In this document: positions 19,810 to 30,099 of the stretch, piece after piece
How the letters are laid out: each line of letters starts with the position of its first letter
Position numbering within the stretch: the stretch's first letter is position 1
Source: Dehalococcoidia bacterium
Lineage (GTDB): Bacteria; Chloroflexota; Dehalococcoidia; Plut-88900
Assembly (NCBI GenBank): GCA_965249275.1
Contig: CBDFLQ010000006.1
Coordinates: 160,001-224,000, forward strand
Length of the DNA: 64,000 nucleotides
Reading direction: 5' to 3'
Notes under the pieces: model-generated
The model's input: the letters and a program-made list of their open reading frames with translations, nothing else
The model's database searches: none
What the model was told of the DNA's origin: nothing
Made by a program: the position numbers and the translations under genes

Positions 19810-20531
19810 CGGCGCCCGCCAACCCTAAATACCGCCGCCTCCTCGTCAAGATCAGTGGCGAGGCCCTCGCCGGCAGTAAGGGTTTTGGCATCGATAACGC
19901 CACCGTCTCCCTCGTTGCGCGCCAGATAAAGGAAGCCAAGACCCCCGACTGCGAGATAGCTATGGTCGTCGGCGGCGGCAACATCTGGCGTGGCGCCGAC
20001 GCAGCAGCCAACGGCATGGATCGGGCTACTGCTGACTATGCAGGGATGCTCGCCACCGTCATAAACTCCCTCGTCATGCAGGACGCCCTCGAGAAAGAGG
20101 GGATTGTCACTCGGGTCCAGACCGCCCTGCCCATCCAGTCCGTCGCCGAACCCTACATTCGCCGACGCGCACTGCGGCACCTCGAAAAAGGCCGCGTTGT
20201 CATCTTCGCCGCAGGCACCGGCAACCCCTATCTCACGACCGACACCACCGCCGCCCTGCGCGCCGTCGAAATTTCCGCCGACGTCGTCCTGATGGCCAAG
20301 AACGGCGTCGATGGCGTTTACGAAGCAGACCCCAAGTCCCACCCCAATGCCAAAAAGCTCCCGACTCTCAAATACCTCGAAGCCCTCAACCTGCGCCTCG
20401 GCGTCATGGACAGCACCGCCCTCTCCCTCTGCCTCGACAACGACATTCCCATCATCGTCTTCAACTTCCAGGCCCCCGACTCCCTCAAACGCATCATCCG
20501 CGGCGAACACGTAGGCACCCTGATCTCCTAA
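19806..20531 (+). CDS. pyrH: UMP kinase
   Basis: [15 protein letters not shown] and [11 protein letters not shown] motifs. Confidence 0.97.
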   Translation: MTAPANPKYRRLLVKISGEALAGSKGFGIDNATVSLVARQIKEAKTPDCEIAMVVGGGNIWRGADAAANGMDRATADYAGMLATVINSLVMQDALEKEGIVTRVQTALPIQSVAEPYIRRRALRHLEKGRVVIFAAGTGNPYLTTDTTAALRAVEISADVVLMAKNGVDGVYEADPKSHPNAKKLPTLKYLEALNLRLGVMDSTALSLCLDNDIPIIVFNFQAPDSLKRIIRGEHVGTLIS

Positions 20532-20548
20532 ACCGACCTCTTTTGTGT

Positions 20549-20575
20549 GTCATTCCGCGGCCCCGCGAGGAATCT
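20549..20575 (+). repeat. GTCATTCCG...GGAATCT REP-like repeat
   Basis: gtcattccgcggccccgcgaggaatct between pyrH and frr. Confidence 0.85.
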
Positions 20576-20712
20576 AAGGCGCCTCTCTCACAACCCACGC
20601 CTGCCAGTGCGAGAAACGCTTATTGTGGGCGTCACTTTCCCACCCCTTGCCCCTTCCACCCCCACGCTATTAAACTTGCCCCCATCACCTCTCCGCCTGG
20701 AAGGCTATTGCT

Positions 20713-21276
20713 ATGCCAGAAACCGACAAATTGCTAGAAGACGCCGAACTTAAGATGGAGGACTCCGTCGATGCCATTGCAAGGAGCCTCGCCTCCATCA
20801 GAACAGGCAGGGCTAGCCCTGCCCTCATCGAGGGACTCCAGATCGACTATTACGGCACCTCCGTTACTCTCAACCAGCTCGCCTCCATCTCCGTCCCGGA
20901 GGCCAGACTCCTCATGGTACAACCTTGGGACAAGCGCTCCATCCCCGCAGTCGAGAAGTCCATCCTCAAGGCCGACCTCGGCCTCAACCCCTCCTCCGAC
21001 GGCGAGCTTATCCGAATCCCCATCCCGCCCCTCACCGACGAACGGCGCAGGGACCTCGCCAAGCTCGTCAACCGACGGGTCGAGGAGGGACGTGTCAGCG
21101 TCCGGACCGCCCGACGCGAATCGGTGGACCAGGCTCGGTCCCTGAAGAAGGCCAAGGAGATATCAGAGGACGAAGAGCGTCGCGCCACGGAACAGCTTCA
21201 AAAACTCACCAACTCCTTCGTCAAGAGGATCACCGACCTCGGCCAGGCCAAAGAGCAAGAGCTCATGGAAAGCTGA
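20713..21276 (+). CDS. frr: Ribosome recycling factor
   Basis: IRTGRASP, QPWDK and PPLTDERR motifs. Confidence 0.97.
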   Translation: MPETDKLLEDAELKMEDSVDAIARSLASIRTGRASPALIEGLQIDYYGTSVTLNQLASISVPEARLLMVQPWDKRSIPAVEKSILKADLGLNPSSDGELIRIPIPPLTDERRRDLAKLVNRRVEEGRVSVRTARRESVDQARSLKKAKEISEDEERRATEQLQKLTNSFVKRITDLGQAKEQELMES

Positions 21277-21303
21277 TCCCCGCGTTCATTCACTGATGCT
21301 GTT

Positions 21304-22059
21304 TTGGAACAACCGGCTGTCCAACCCAAGCCCGTAGAGCAACCCGAGAGCGCGTCCGTGCTCCTCGGGCCTGTTCCCCGTCATGTGGCCGTAATCATGG
21401 ATGGCAACGGGAGATGGGCCCAGCGTCGCAACCTGCCTCGCCTCCAGGGACACAGCGCCGGTATCTCCAACATCCGCCCCGTCATTGACAGCTTCGCCGA
21501 ACACGGCGTCGAGTACCTCACCCTATACGCCTTCTCTACCGAAAACTGGACTCGCCCCCAAGAGGAGGTTGCAGGCCTCCTGGAGTTCCTCGCTGCCGCC
21601 ATCAAGGACGAGACCCAGTATTTCCACGAAAAGGGCGTCCGACTCGTTCACCTCGGCCGCATCGACCGCCTGGCACCGGACATCCAGGCAGCCATTCGCG
21701 AAGCCGTCGATCTCACCAAGGACAACCGCTACATCACCGTCTGTATCGCCTTCGACTACGGGGGCCGCGCCGAGATCCTTGGCGCCATACGCCAGATCGT
21801 CGAGGACGGCGTCGACCCTTCAACCATCGACGAAGACCTAATATCTGATTATCTCTACACCAGGGACATCCCAGACCCCGACCTCATTATCCGCACCGCC
21901 GGCGAAATGCGCCTCAGCAACTTCCTCATCTGGCAGTCCGCCTACAGCGAGTACTATTTCACCCCCAAAGCGTGGCCCGAGTTCGACCGGGAGGAGATCC
22001 GCAAATCTCTGCTAGCCTTTTCCCAAAGGCAAAGACGGTTCGGAGGCGTCAACTCCTGA
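21304..22059 (+). CDS. uppS: Undecaprenyl diphosphate synthase
   Basis: HVAVIMDGNGRWA, YAFSTENW and IRTAGEMRLSNFLIWQ motifs. Confidence 0.96.
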   Translation: MEQPAVQPKPVEQPESASVLLGPVPRHVAVIMDGNGRWAQRRNLPRLQGHSAGISNIRPVIDSFAEHGVEYLTLYAFSTENWTRPQEEVAGLLEFLAAAIKDETQYFHEKGVRLVHLGRIDRLAPDIQAAIREAVDLTKDNRYITVCIAFDYGGRAEILGAIRQIVEDGVDPSTIDEDLISDYLYTRDIPDPDLIIRTAGEMRLSNFLIWQSAYSEYYFTPKAWPEFDREEIRKSLLAFSQRQRRFGGVNS

Positions 22060-22088
22060 CCTTTCCTTCCCCTCTCCTTTCCCTCAAT

Positions 22089-22220
22089 GAGACCTATGCA
22101 TAACCCATGTTGGAGGGGCCGGGGCCGCTCGTGCTGAGGCCCTCGAAGTATGAGCGGCGGAAGAGGTAGGCGCGATCTTGGTGGCACAACACCTACTATA
22201 TGCAGTTAACCGAAGGTTCC
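22089..22220. mobile_element. ~132-bp MITE copy (degenerate)
   Basis: Left end gagacctatgcataac, internal ccgctcgtgctgagg..ctcgaagtatgagcgg hairpin, right end gttaaccgaaggttcc. Confidence 0.65.
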
Positions 22221-22262
22221 TCTTTAGGTGAAGGCCAGGACGAGGGTAAGATAGGCCAAGGC

Positions 22263-23075
22263 ATGAGCACCACCCCTCCCCGCACCTCAAACCTCCTCAC
22301 CCGCGTCATTACCGCAGTCTTCGCCCTGCCCATAATCTTCGCCGTCATCTGGTTCGGCGGCCCACTATTATCGATAGCTGTCGCCGCAATTGCCGTGGTC
22401 GGCGTTCTGGAGTTCTACACTCTCCTAGCCATGCGCTGGCGGTCGCCCGCAACCCTCATAGGCGTCTCCCTGACTGCTCTATTCTTGGTAGGCGTTGCAT
22501 TCTTCGCCCAGGTGGTCCTTCCAGTGCTTGCCGCCGCCACCGTAGTCCTCTGCCTTGGCGTGCTCTACCTGAAGCAGCGCCAGCAGTTGAAGTTCGTCAG
22601 CCCCGTGATGTGGGGTGGCTTGGGCGCCTTCCTCATAGCATGGCCCTTATGCCACTTCATCCTCCTCCGAGACCTCCCCGAAGGCCGATACTGGGTCTTC
22701 TATTCCCTCGCTACGGTATTCGCCGCCGACACCGGTGCATACTTCGTAGGCAAGGCCGTAGGCCGACACAAGCTCGCCCCCCGGATCAGCCCCAACAAGA
22801 CAATGGAGGGTGCGGGAGGCGGCATCGCCGCTGCGGTTGTCCTCGGCACACTAGCCCACGCCCTTATGGGTCTCCCCGGCGCCCTCGCCCCGATAATCGT
22901 CCTCTCCTCCATCGTTGCCTTGGTATCCATGTTAGGAGACCTCGCCGAGTCCTACCTCAAGCGACGAGTCGGGGCCAAGGAGTCTGGCAAGCTGCTCCCA
23001 GGACATGGCGGCGTGCTCGACAGGCTCGATAGCGTTGTCTTCACCGTGCCCCTTGTGTACTATTACGCCGCATGA
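22263..23075 (+). CDS. cdsA: Phosphatidate cytidylyltransferase
   Basis: DTGAYFVG, ISPNKTMEG, GDLAESYLKR and PGHGGVLDRLDS motifs. Confidence 0.95.
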   Translation: MSTTPPRTSNLLTRVITAVFALPIIFAVIWFGGPLLSIAVAAIAVVGVLEFYTLLAMRWRSPATLIGVSLTALFLVGVAFFAQVVLPVLAAATVVLCLGVLYLKQRQQLKFVSPVMWGGLGAFLIAWPLCHFILLRDLPEGRYWVFYSLATVFAADTGAYFVGKAVGRHKLAPRISPNKTMEGAGGGIAAAVVLGTLAHALMGLPGALAPIIVLSSIVALVSMLGDLAESYLKRRVGAKESGKLLPGHGGVLDRLDSVVFTVPLVYYYAA

Positions 23076-24199
23076 ATGACGGGCGTAAAGGTCTCGCAGT
23101 CGTGGGGTCCACCGGCTCCATTGGCACCCAAACTCTCGATGTGGTTCGCGCTTTTCCGGACCGCTTCAAGGTCGTCGGCCTCACCGCGGGCCGAAACACC
23201 GACCTGTTCAACCAGCAGGTCAAGGAGTTCTCCCCGCCCCTCGTCTGCTGCCAGAACCCCTCCCCCGAGACCCGCGCCCTCATGGGCCAAACCTCCCAAT
23301 GGGCCTCCCCAGAGGAAATCTCCTCCCACCCCGATGTCGACATCGTAGTGATGGCCACCTTCGGCCGCGTGGGCCTGGAGCCGACCCTTGCGGCCCTCCG
23401 CGCTGGCAAACGCGTCGTCCTCTCCAACAAGGAGGTCATCGTTTCCTCAGGCGAGCTCGTGGTCAAGGAAGCCAAGGCCTCGGGCGCCGAGATAATCCCC
23501 GTCGACAGCGAACCCAGTGCCATTTGGCAATGTCTCCAAGGCGAGGGAGAGGTCTCTCGTCTCGTCCTCACGGCCTCCGGCGGTCCCTTCCGACAGCGTC
23601 CTATCGATGAACTCCAGGACGTAACCCCGGAGGAAGCCCTCCGACACCCTACCTGGCGCATGGGCAACAAGATCACCATCGACTCCTCGACCCTGATGAA
23701 CAAGGGCTTCGAGGTCATCGAGTCTCACTGGCTCTTCGACATGCCCTACGAGAAAATTGAGGTCGTCGTCCACCCACAGAGCACCGTCCACTCCTTCGTC
23801 GAATACGCAGACGGCTCGGTCAAGGCCCAGATCGGCCCCACCGACATGCGGCTCCCCATCCAGTACGCCCTCTCCCATCCCGAACGCTGGCACAACGCCC
23901 ACACTCCCCGCATGGGGAACTTGGCCACCATGGAACTCACCTTCCAGGAGCTGGACACCGAGCGATACCCCTGCTTCACCCTGGCCGTCGAGGCGGGCAA
24001 GAAAGGCGGCACCTACCCCGCCGTCCTCAGCGCCGCTGATGAAGTTGCAGTCCAACTCTTCTTAAACCGCCGCATCGGCTTCAACGACATCTTCCATGTC
24101 GTCGAGAGAGTCCTGGATCGCCACGAGCCTGTGTTCGAACCCTCTTACGAAGACATCCTCACCGCCGACCGCTGGGCCCGGGACCTGGCCTCGGGTTAA
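23072..24199 (+). CDS. dxr: 1-deoxy-D-xylulose 5-phosphate reductoisomerase
   Basis: GSTGSIGTQTL, PVDSE, LTASGGPF and HPTWRMGNKITIDS motifs. Confidence 0.97.
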   Translation: MNDGRKGLAVVGSTGSIGTQTLDVVRAFPDRFKVVGLTAGRNTDLFNQQVKEFSPPLVCCQNPSPETRALMGQTSQWASPEEISSHPDVDIVVMATFGRVGLEPTLAALRAGKRVVLSNKEVIVSSGELVVKEAKASGAEIIPVDSEPSAIWQCLQGEGEVSRLVLTASGGPFRQRPIDELQDVTPEEALRHPTWRMGNKITIDSSTLMNKGFEVIESHWLFDMPYEKIEVVVHPQSTVHSFVEYADGSVKAQIGPTDMRLPIQYALSHPERWHNAHTPRMGNLATMELTFQELDTERYPCFTLAVEAGKKGGTYPAVLSAADEVAVQLFLNRRIGFNDIFHVVERVLDRHEPVFEPSYEDILTADRWARDLASG

Positions 24200-24211
24200 G
24201 GCCGTGGCCCT

Positions 24212-25327
24212 ATGACCACGGTCATCCTCTTCTTCGTAGTCATCAGCGCCCTGATCGTCATCCACGAATTTGGCCACTTCATCGCTGCGCGGCTTTTTGG
24301 AGTCCGGGTTGAAGAGTTCGCCCTGGGCTTCCCACCCCGCATAGCCTCCATCGTCCGCGGCGAGACCCGATACAGCCTGAACGCCATCCCCATCGGCGGT
24401 TACGTCAAGCTCACCGGCGAGGAAAGCCCCGAAGACCCAAGAAGCCTTGCAGGACGCAGCATCCCCGTCCGGGCCACCATCCTCACCGCCGGTATCTTCA
24501 TGAACCTAGCTCTCACCCTCGTCCTCTTCGCAGTCTTCTTCACCTTCCCGCCGGAGATAGTCGGCACAAATGTTATTGTCTCCCACGTCGAGTCCAACTC
24601 CCCTGCCCAGAACGCCGGTATGCTTCCCGGAGACGTCTTCCTCCGCAAAGACATCTCCCTGGACAGTTCAACCCTGCTCTTGGAACAAACCGCCGGCTCA
24701 GATCCGTATGGCGGCCAAACCATCGACTCCCTCCGGGATGTCATCGACTACACCGAGGCCAACCTGGGCAATGAAGTCACCTTCCTCCTCGCTCGAGGCA
24801 ACACGCCCGTAATCGTTCGACTCACGCCCCGCGCCTCCCCACCCCCTGAACAGGGACCAATGGGCATTGGCGTGGGAGTTTCTGGTGGAGAGGTTGTCAC
24901 GCGTTTTAGTCCCAGCTTCAGCGTCATCCCCGAGTCCTTCCGTCAGCTCTACCGCTTCGTCGTCACCCTCGGCTCGTCCATCGGCAACATCTTCACTTCC
25001 GCCGAGGGCCGGGAGGGAATCGCCGGGCCTATAGGCATCGCTCAAGTCACCGGGGAGGTCGCCAAGACCGGCATCCTCCCCTTTGTTGGCTTCGTCGCCA
25101 TCCTGAGTCTCAACCTCGCCATATTCAACCTCCTCCCCATACCCGCCCTCGACGGCGGACGCTTGCTCTTCGTCATGATCGAATGGGTGCGCGGGGGACG
25201 CCGGGTCCCGCCCCAGAAGGAGGCCCTGATTCACCTCATGGGCTTCATCGCCCTAATCAGCCTCATCGTCCTGATCAGCTTCAGCGACATCAACCGTCTA
25301 ATCCGCGGCGAACAATTCCTACCTTAA
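24212..25327 (+). CDS. rseP: RIP metalloprotease (M50) with PDZ domain
   Basis: HEFGH, GGYVKL and NLLPIPALDGG motifs; synteny after dxr. Confidence 0.93.
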   Translation: MTTVILFFVVISALIVIHEFGHFIAARLFGVRVEEFALGFPPRIASIVRGETRYSLNAIPIGGYVKLTGEESPEDPRSLAGRSIPVRATILTAGIFMNLALTLVLFAVFFTFPPEIVGTNVIVSHVESNSPAQNAGMLPGDVFLRKDISLDSSTLLLEQTAGSDPYGGQTIDSLRDVIDYTEANLGNEVTFLLARGNTPVIVRLTPRASPPPEQGPMGIGVGVSGGEVVTRFSPSFSVIPESFRQLYRFVVTLGSSIGNIFTSAEGREGIAGPIGIAQVTGEVAKTGILPFVGFVAILSLNLAIFNLLPIPALDGGRLLFVMIEWVRGGRRVPPQKEALIHLMGFIALISLIVLISFSDINRLIRGEQFLP

Positions 25328-25373
25328 TCCCACACCCTCTAACCTGTCATTCCGATCCCTCCACCCTGTTATT

Positions 25374-25400
25374 GTCATTCCGAGGCTCCGCGAGGAATCT
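25374..25400 (+). repeat. GTCATTCCG...GGAATCT REP-like repeat
   Basis: gtcattccgaggctccgcgaggaatct, with a partial copy at 25346. Confidence 0.85.
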
Positions 25401-25541
25401 AACGGGCAAATCCATCGCTCACGTCCTTCATACCCCCTCACCTCGAACTACAGACGCAGTCCCGCCTATGGCCCATCCCCTCCCCCTTCCTGTTGTATAA
25501 TCAGCCCGTCGGCGGCCCCATAAGCAAACGGAGGTACCCTC

Positions 25542-26771
25542 ATGGTGAGATTCGGTTCCCAGCGCGACCTGCTCGGCCAGGAAATCGTAGACTTCGACGA
25601 GAGAGTCGATGTGGTTCGTCTCAAGAGGGAGCGCCTCGCCCGGCTCCAGGGCCAAATGGCCAAGGCCGACCTCGGCAGCATTCTCATATTCGACCCCGTC
25701 AACATCCGTTATGCCACAGGCCATCGCCATCCTGGCGTCTTCGGCATGAGGACCTTCGGTCAGTATGCCATCGTGCCCCAGGAAGGCGAACCCTGGGTCT
25801 CCGAGTACGCCGAAGACGGCTCCTGGGCCCTTGAAAAAGGCACCCTATTCGACTTCTTCCCCACCGGACAGTATGCAGAGGACGCCGCCCGGCTCTGGGG
25901 CGACCGGATAACTTCAAAGCTCAAGGAAATGGGCGTCCTTGGACAGCGTCTCGGTTTCGACAGGCTCGACTTCAACAGTATGGAGTCCCTCCGTAACCAC
26001 GAAATTCCCCTCGCTGACGCCCGCATCCCCTTCGAACGAGCCCGCTCCATCAAGACCGAGGACGAGGTCTCCCTCATCCGCCAGGCCTGCGCCGTCGCCG
26101 ATATCTCCATCTGCGCCGTCCGGGACGCCATCAAGCCCGGCGTTACGGAGCAGGAGCTCTTCGCCGTTATGACCTACACCAACCTCAAGCACGGCGGCGA
26201 GCACATGGACGCACGGCTCCTCTCCGCCGGTGGCAACACCAACCCCTGGGGCCAGGGTTCCACCGACCGAATTGTCCGCCCCGGCGACCTCGTGGGCTAC
26301 GACACCGACATGGCCGGGCCTATGGGCTACTTCGCCGACTTCTCCCGCACTTACCTTTGCGGCGACGGTCCGCCCAATGCCGAGCAGATGGAAGCCTACA
26401 AGCTCGGCTACAATTTTATCTACGAATCCCTGGAGCACTTCCAGGTCGGGGCCAACTTCCAGGAGATCGCCGAGAAGTGCCCCGAGTACCCCGAAGAGTA
26501 CAGGTTCCAGCGCTACCCCATGATCGCCCACGGCGACGGCATGTCCGACGAATGGCCCTGCATCTACTGGCCCGACCAGTCCTGGAGCGGTTTCGGCAAC
26601 GACGACGAGGTCCTCCAGGAGAACATGGTCCTCTCCCTCGAAGGTCTTGCCAGCAAGCGCGGCGCACGGGAAAGCGTCAAGCTAGAAGAGGAGATCCTCA
26701 TTACCAAGAACGGCCCCGAGGTCCTCTCCCACGCTCCCTACGACTCCCGGTTCGTAAGCCATCCCCGCTAG
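25542..26771 (+). CDS. M24 metallopeptidase family protein, DddP (DMSP lyase)-like
   Basis: DPVNIRYATG, TNPW, YDTDM, ADFSRT, YPMIAHGDGMSDEWP, LEG and VKLEEEIL motifs. Confidence 0.8.
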   Translation: MVRFGSQRDLLGQEIVDFDERVDVVRLKRERLARLQGQMAKADLGSILIFDPVNIRYATGHRHPGVFGMRTFGQYAIVPQEGEPWVSEYAEDGSWALEKGTLFDFFPTGQYAEDAARLWGDRITSKLKEMGVLGQRLGFDRLDFNSMESLRNHEIPLADARIPFERARSIKTEDEVSLIRQACAVADISICAVRDAIKPGVTEQELFAVMTYTNLKHGGEHMDARLLSAGGNTNPWGQGSTDRIVRPGDLVGYDTDMAGPMGYFADFSRTYLCGDGPPNAEQMEAYKLGYNFIYESLEHFQVGANFQEIAEKCPEYPEEYRFQRYPMIAHGDGMSDEWPCIYWPDQSWSGFGNDDEVLQENMVLSLEGLASKRGARESVKLEEEILITKNGPEVLSHAPYDSRFVSHPR

Positions 26772-26805
26772 TAGATACTTCCGCACAACCCAACTCTCTC
26801 TTGAT

Positions 26806-26903
26806 GTGACCTCTGCATAACCAGTGTTGGAGGGGCCCGGGGCCGCTCGTGCTGAGGCTCTCGAAGTATGAGCGGGGGGTGGAGTTTGAGTGATCTGGAT
26901 GGC
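26806..26903. mobile_element. Truncated MITE copy
   Basis: gtgacctctgcataac left end after ctctctcttgat; internal hairpin present; right end missing. Confidence 0.6.
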
Positions 26904-26935
26904 ACTAAGGACTCTCTGATTGCAAGACAACGCAC

Positions 26936-27685
26936 ATGAGGCTTGAAGGAAAAGTAGCCCTCATATCCGGCGGAGCCCGAGGCATCGGTGGCGCTGTCGC
27001 CCGGCGATTCGTCTCCGAAGGGGCATCCGTAGTCATCGGCGACGTCCTTATCAAAGAAGGCCGACTCCTCGCCAACGAAATCCAGAAGTCTGGCGGTGAG
27101 ATAACCTTCTCCCCCCTCGACGTCACCTCCGAATCCTCCTGGGCCGATGCCGTCTCCCTCGCCATCGACCGCTACGGCAAGCTGGACATCCTTGTCAACA
27201 ACGCTGGCATCACCAAGCGTGACCGCATAGAGGACGAGACCCCCGAGAATTGGGACCGTATCATGGAGATAAATTCTAAGGGCGTGTTCCTCGGCACCAA
27301 GGCCGTCCTTGACGAGATGAAGCGCCACGGCAACGGCTCAATCGTCAATCTATCCTCGTCCTACGGCCTGGTCGCTAGCCCCAATTCCGCCATTTACGGT
27401 GCATCCAAAGCAGCCGTAAAACTCCTGACGAAGTTCACGGCCATACAGAACGCGACCTTGGGAATTCGGGCCAACTCCGTCCACCCGGGCCCGATCAACG
27501 CCCCCCTGATTCAGGAGTTTTTCGGCTTTCCCGAAAAATTGAAGATGCTGGCGTCACTCGTGCCCATGGGTAGGATCGGTGAGGCCGAGGAGGTCGCCAA
27601 CGCAATCCTCTTCCTCGCATCCGACGAATCTTCCTTCGTCACCGGCTCCGAGCTTGTCATCGATGGCGGCATCACCGCCCAATAG
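26936..27685 (+). CDS. SDR family oxidoreductase (glucose 1-dehydrogenase/HSDH-like)
   Basis: [17 protein letters not shown] and HPG motifs. Confidence 0.93.
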   Translation: MRLEGKVALISGGARGIGGAVARRFVSEGASVVIGDVLIKEGRLLANEIQKSGGEITFSPLDVTSESSWADAVSLAIDRYGKLDILVNNAGITKRDRIEDETPENWDRIMEINSKGVFLGTKAVLDEMKRHGNGSIVNLSSSYGLVASPNSAIYGASKAAVKLLTKFTAIQNATLGIRANSVHPGPINAPLIQEFFGFPEKLKMLASLVPMGRIGEAEEVANAILFLASDESSFVTGSELVIDGGITAQ

Positions 27686-27796
27686 CCCCGACCTAAAAGA
27701 ACACGAAATGTCATACAAAAGCCCAACCAGCCTCGTATCCGGAGATGACGTCTAAACAGGCGTAGGCAAATAGTTCTCACCTGTGGAGTAACCAAC

Positions 27797-28546
27797 ATGA
27801 GACTCGAAGGAAAAGTAGCCCTAATATCCGGCGGGGCCCGAGGCATAGGCGCTACCGTCGCCCGACGCTTCGCCTCCGAAGGTGCCTCCGTAGTCATCGG
27901 CGATGTATTGCTGGAAGACGGCCAACTCCTTGCCGACGAAATCCAGCAGTCCGGAGGTGAGATAGCCTTCACCCCTCTCGACGTCACTTCCGAGTCCGCG
28001 TGGAGCGAAGCTGTGGCCCTCGCCATCGCCCGCTACGGCAAGCTCGACATCCTCGTCAACAACGCTGGCATCATCAAGCGTGACCGCATAGAGGACGAGA
28101 CCCCCGAGGTTTGGGACCGCACCATGGAAGTCAACGCCAAGAGCGTATTCCTCGGCACCAAGGCCGTCCTCAACGAGATGAAGCGCCACGGCAACGGCTC
28201 CATCGTCAACCTCTCCTCCACTGCTGGCCTTGTAGCTGGGCCTGCCACCGCGGCCTATGGGGCATCAAAAGCCGCCGTGAAGCTCTTTACCAAGTCCACA
28301 GCAATACAGAACGCAAAGCTGGGCGTCCGGGCCAACTCGGTTCATCCAGGCCCTATCAACGCCCCTATGATGCAGGAGATCATAGACATTCCCGATAAGC
28401 ATGTGGAGAATAAGGCCCGGGTGCCTATGGGCAGGTTCGGAGAACCCGAGGAAGTCGCCAACGCCATCCTCTTCCTCGCCTCCGACGAGTCCTCCTTCGT
28501 CACCGGCTCGGAGCTGGTTGTCGACGGCGGCATTACCGCCCAGTAG
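27797..28546 (+). CDS. SDR family oxidoreductase, tandem paralog
   Basis: Same length (249 aa) and highly similar to 26936-27685. Confidence 0.93.
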   Translation: MRLEGKVALISGGARGIGATVARRFASEGASVVIGDVLLEDGQLLADEIQQSGGEIAFTPLDVTSESAWSEAVALAIARYGKLDILVNNAGIIKRDRIEDETPEVWDRTMEVNAKSVFLGTKAVLNEMKRHGNGSIVNLSSTAGLVAGPATAAYGASKAAVKLFTKSTAIQNAKLGVRANSVHPGPINAPMMQEIIDIPDKHVENKARVPMGRFGEPEEVANAILFLASDESSFVTGSELVVDGGITAQ

Positions 28547-28569
28547 CCCTGACTGGTTATACTATTAAC

Positions 28570-29793
28570 ATGTCCAATCGACGCCCGACCAAGCTAGTAT
28601 CCGTAGGTGGCGTTCCGATAGGTGGCGGTAACCCAATCGTCGTCCAGTCGATGACCGACACCGACACTGCCGATGTCGACGCCACTGTCTCCCAGGTTAA
28701 GCTCCTGTCCGACGCTGGCAGCGAGCTAGTACGCGTCACCGTCAACAATGATGCTGCTGCCGCCGCTGTGCCCCGAATCCGCGAGCGCCTGGACGATATC
28801 GGCTGCCACGTTCCCATAATCGGCGACTTCCACTTCATCGGCCACCGGCTCCTCCGCAACCAACCTGACTGCGCCCGCACCCTTGCCAAGTTCAGGATCA
28901 ACCCCGGCAACGTGGGGCGCGGCCTTCGCCACGACGATAACTTCAGGACCTTCATCGAAATCGCCCGAGACCTCGATAAGCCCGTCCGCATCGGTGTCAA
29001 CGCCGGCAGCCTGGATCCCGACCTCCTAGCCAAGAAGATGGACGACAACTCCCGCAGGCCCGACCCCGTCTCGGGTGATGCAGTCGAGCGCGAGGCTCTG
29101 GTCGAAAGCGCCATATCCAGCGCCGAGGCCGCCGTCGATCTTGGCCTCCCTGAAGACCACATCATAATCTCCTGCAAAGTCTCCCGCCTCAACCAGATGG
29201 TCGAGGCCTACCGGGAGATCTCCCGTAAGTGCGACTTCCCCCTTCACCTCGGCCTCACCGAGGCGGGAATGGGCACAAAGGGTATCGTTGCCACAACCTC
29301 CGCCCTCTCCATCCTCCTCTACGAGGGCATCGGTGATACCATCCGCTCCAGCCTCACCCCCGAGCCCGACGGCGACAGGTCTCGAGAAGTGCGCCTCTGC
29401 CAGGAGGTCCTCCAGGCCCTGAATCTCCGCTCATTCCGGCCTGCCGTTACCGCTTGTCCCGGCTGTGGCCGCACCACCTCCACCCTCTTCCGTGAGCTGG
29501 CCCGTGATATTCAGCAGCACCTGGACGACAAGATGCCCGCGTGGAAGTCCCGCTACGCCGGCGCCGAGACCCTCAAGGTCGCCGTCATGGGATGCGTGGT
29601 CAATGGCCCGGGAGAGTCCCGCGTCGCAGATATCGGCATATCTCTCCCAGGCACCGGTGAGACTCCCCGCGCCCCCGTATTCGTCGACGGAAAACGCCAG
29701 AAGTTCCTCGAAGGCCCCACCATCGCCGACGACTTCGTCCAAATGGTCGAAAACTACGTCGAAACCCGCTGGGGCCCCAACTCCCTCAACTAA
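28570..29793 (+). CDS. ispG: HMBPP synthase (4Fe-4S)
   Basis: [28 protein letters not shown] and [11 protein letters not shown] motifs. Confidence 0.97.
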   Translation: MSNRRPTKLVSVGGVPIGGGNPIVVQSMTDTDTADVDATVSQVKLLSDAGSELVRVTVNNDAAAAAVPRIRERLDDIGCHVPIIGDFHFIGHRLLRNQPDCARTLAKFRINPGNVGRGLRHDDNFRTFIEIARDLDKPVRIGVNAGSLDPDLLAKKMDDNSRRPDPVSGDAVEREALVESAISSAEAAVDLGLPEDHIIISCKVSRLNQMVEAYREISRKCDFPLHLGLTEAGMGTKGIVATTSALSILLYEGIGDTIRSSLTPEPDGDRSREVRLCQEVLQALNLRSFRPAVTACPGCGRTTSTLFRELARDIQQHLDDKMPAWKSRYAGAETLKVAVMGCVVNGPGESRVADIGISLPGTGETPRAPVFVDGKRQKFLEGPTIADDFVQMVENYVETRWGPNSLN

Positions 29794-29816
29794 CCCCCTC
29801 CCCACACCCAGCCAAG

Positions 29817-30008
29817 ATGACTGACCACTACACATATCAAGTCATGTGGTCGCAGGAGGATGCTTCCCACATTGGGCTTTGCACCGAATTTCCCTCGCTA
29901 AGTTGGATAGCCCCCACGCCCGGCCAAGCCTTCTCCGGAATTCGAAGTCTTATCAATGACATCCTCGCGGACACGGAGAAACTCGGAGAATCCCCGCGCG
30001 CCCGTTAG
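29817..30008 (+). CDS. HicB-family antitoxin N-terminal domain (short or truncated, no hicA nearby)
   Basis: HYTYQVMWSQEDASHIGLCTEFPSLSWIAPTP pattern. Confidence 0.7.
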   Translation: MTDHYTYQVMWSQEDASHIGLCTEFPSLSWIAPTPGQAFSGIRSLINDILADTEKLGESPRAR

Positions 30009-30045
30009 CCAGATCGATTCTATAGCAGCGCAGGTTATATCACCT

Positions 30046-30072
30046 GTCATACCGAGGCCCCGCGAAGAATCT
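30046..30072 (+). repeat. GTCATTCCG-family REP-like repeat
   Basis: gtcataccgaggccccgcgaagaatct. Confidence 0.75.
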
Positions 30073-30099
30073 AAAGCATCCTTCTCCCCAATCAACCCT

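Noticed and set aside
24630-24720. ~20-aa insertion in the RseP PDZ domain as a possible intein or mobile insert
   Set aside because: Too short, with no intein motifs or repeat similarity; probably a loop expansion.
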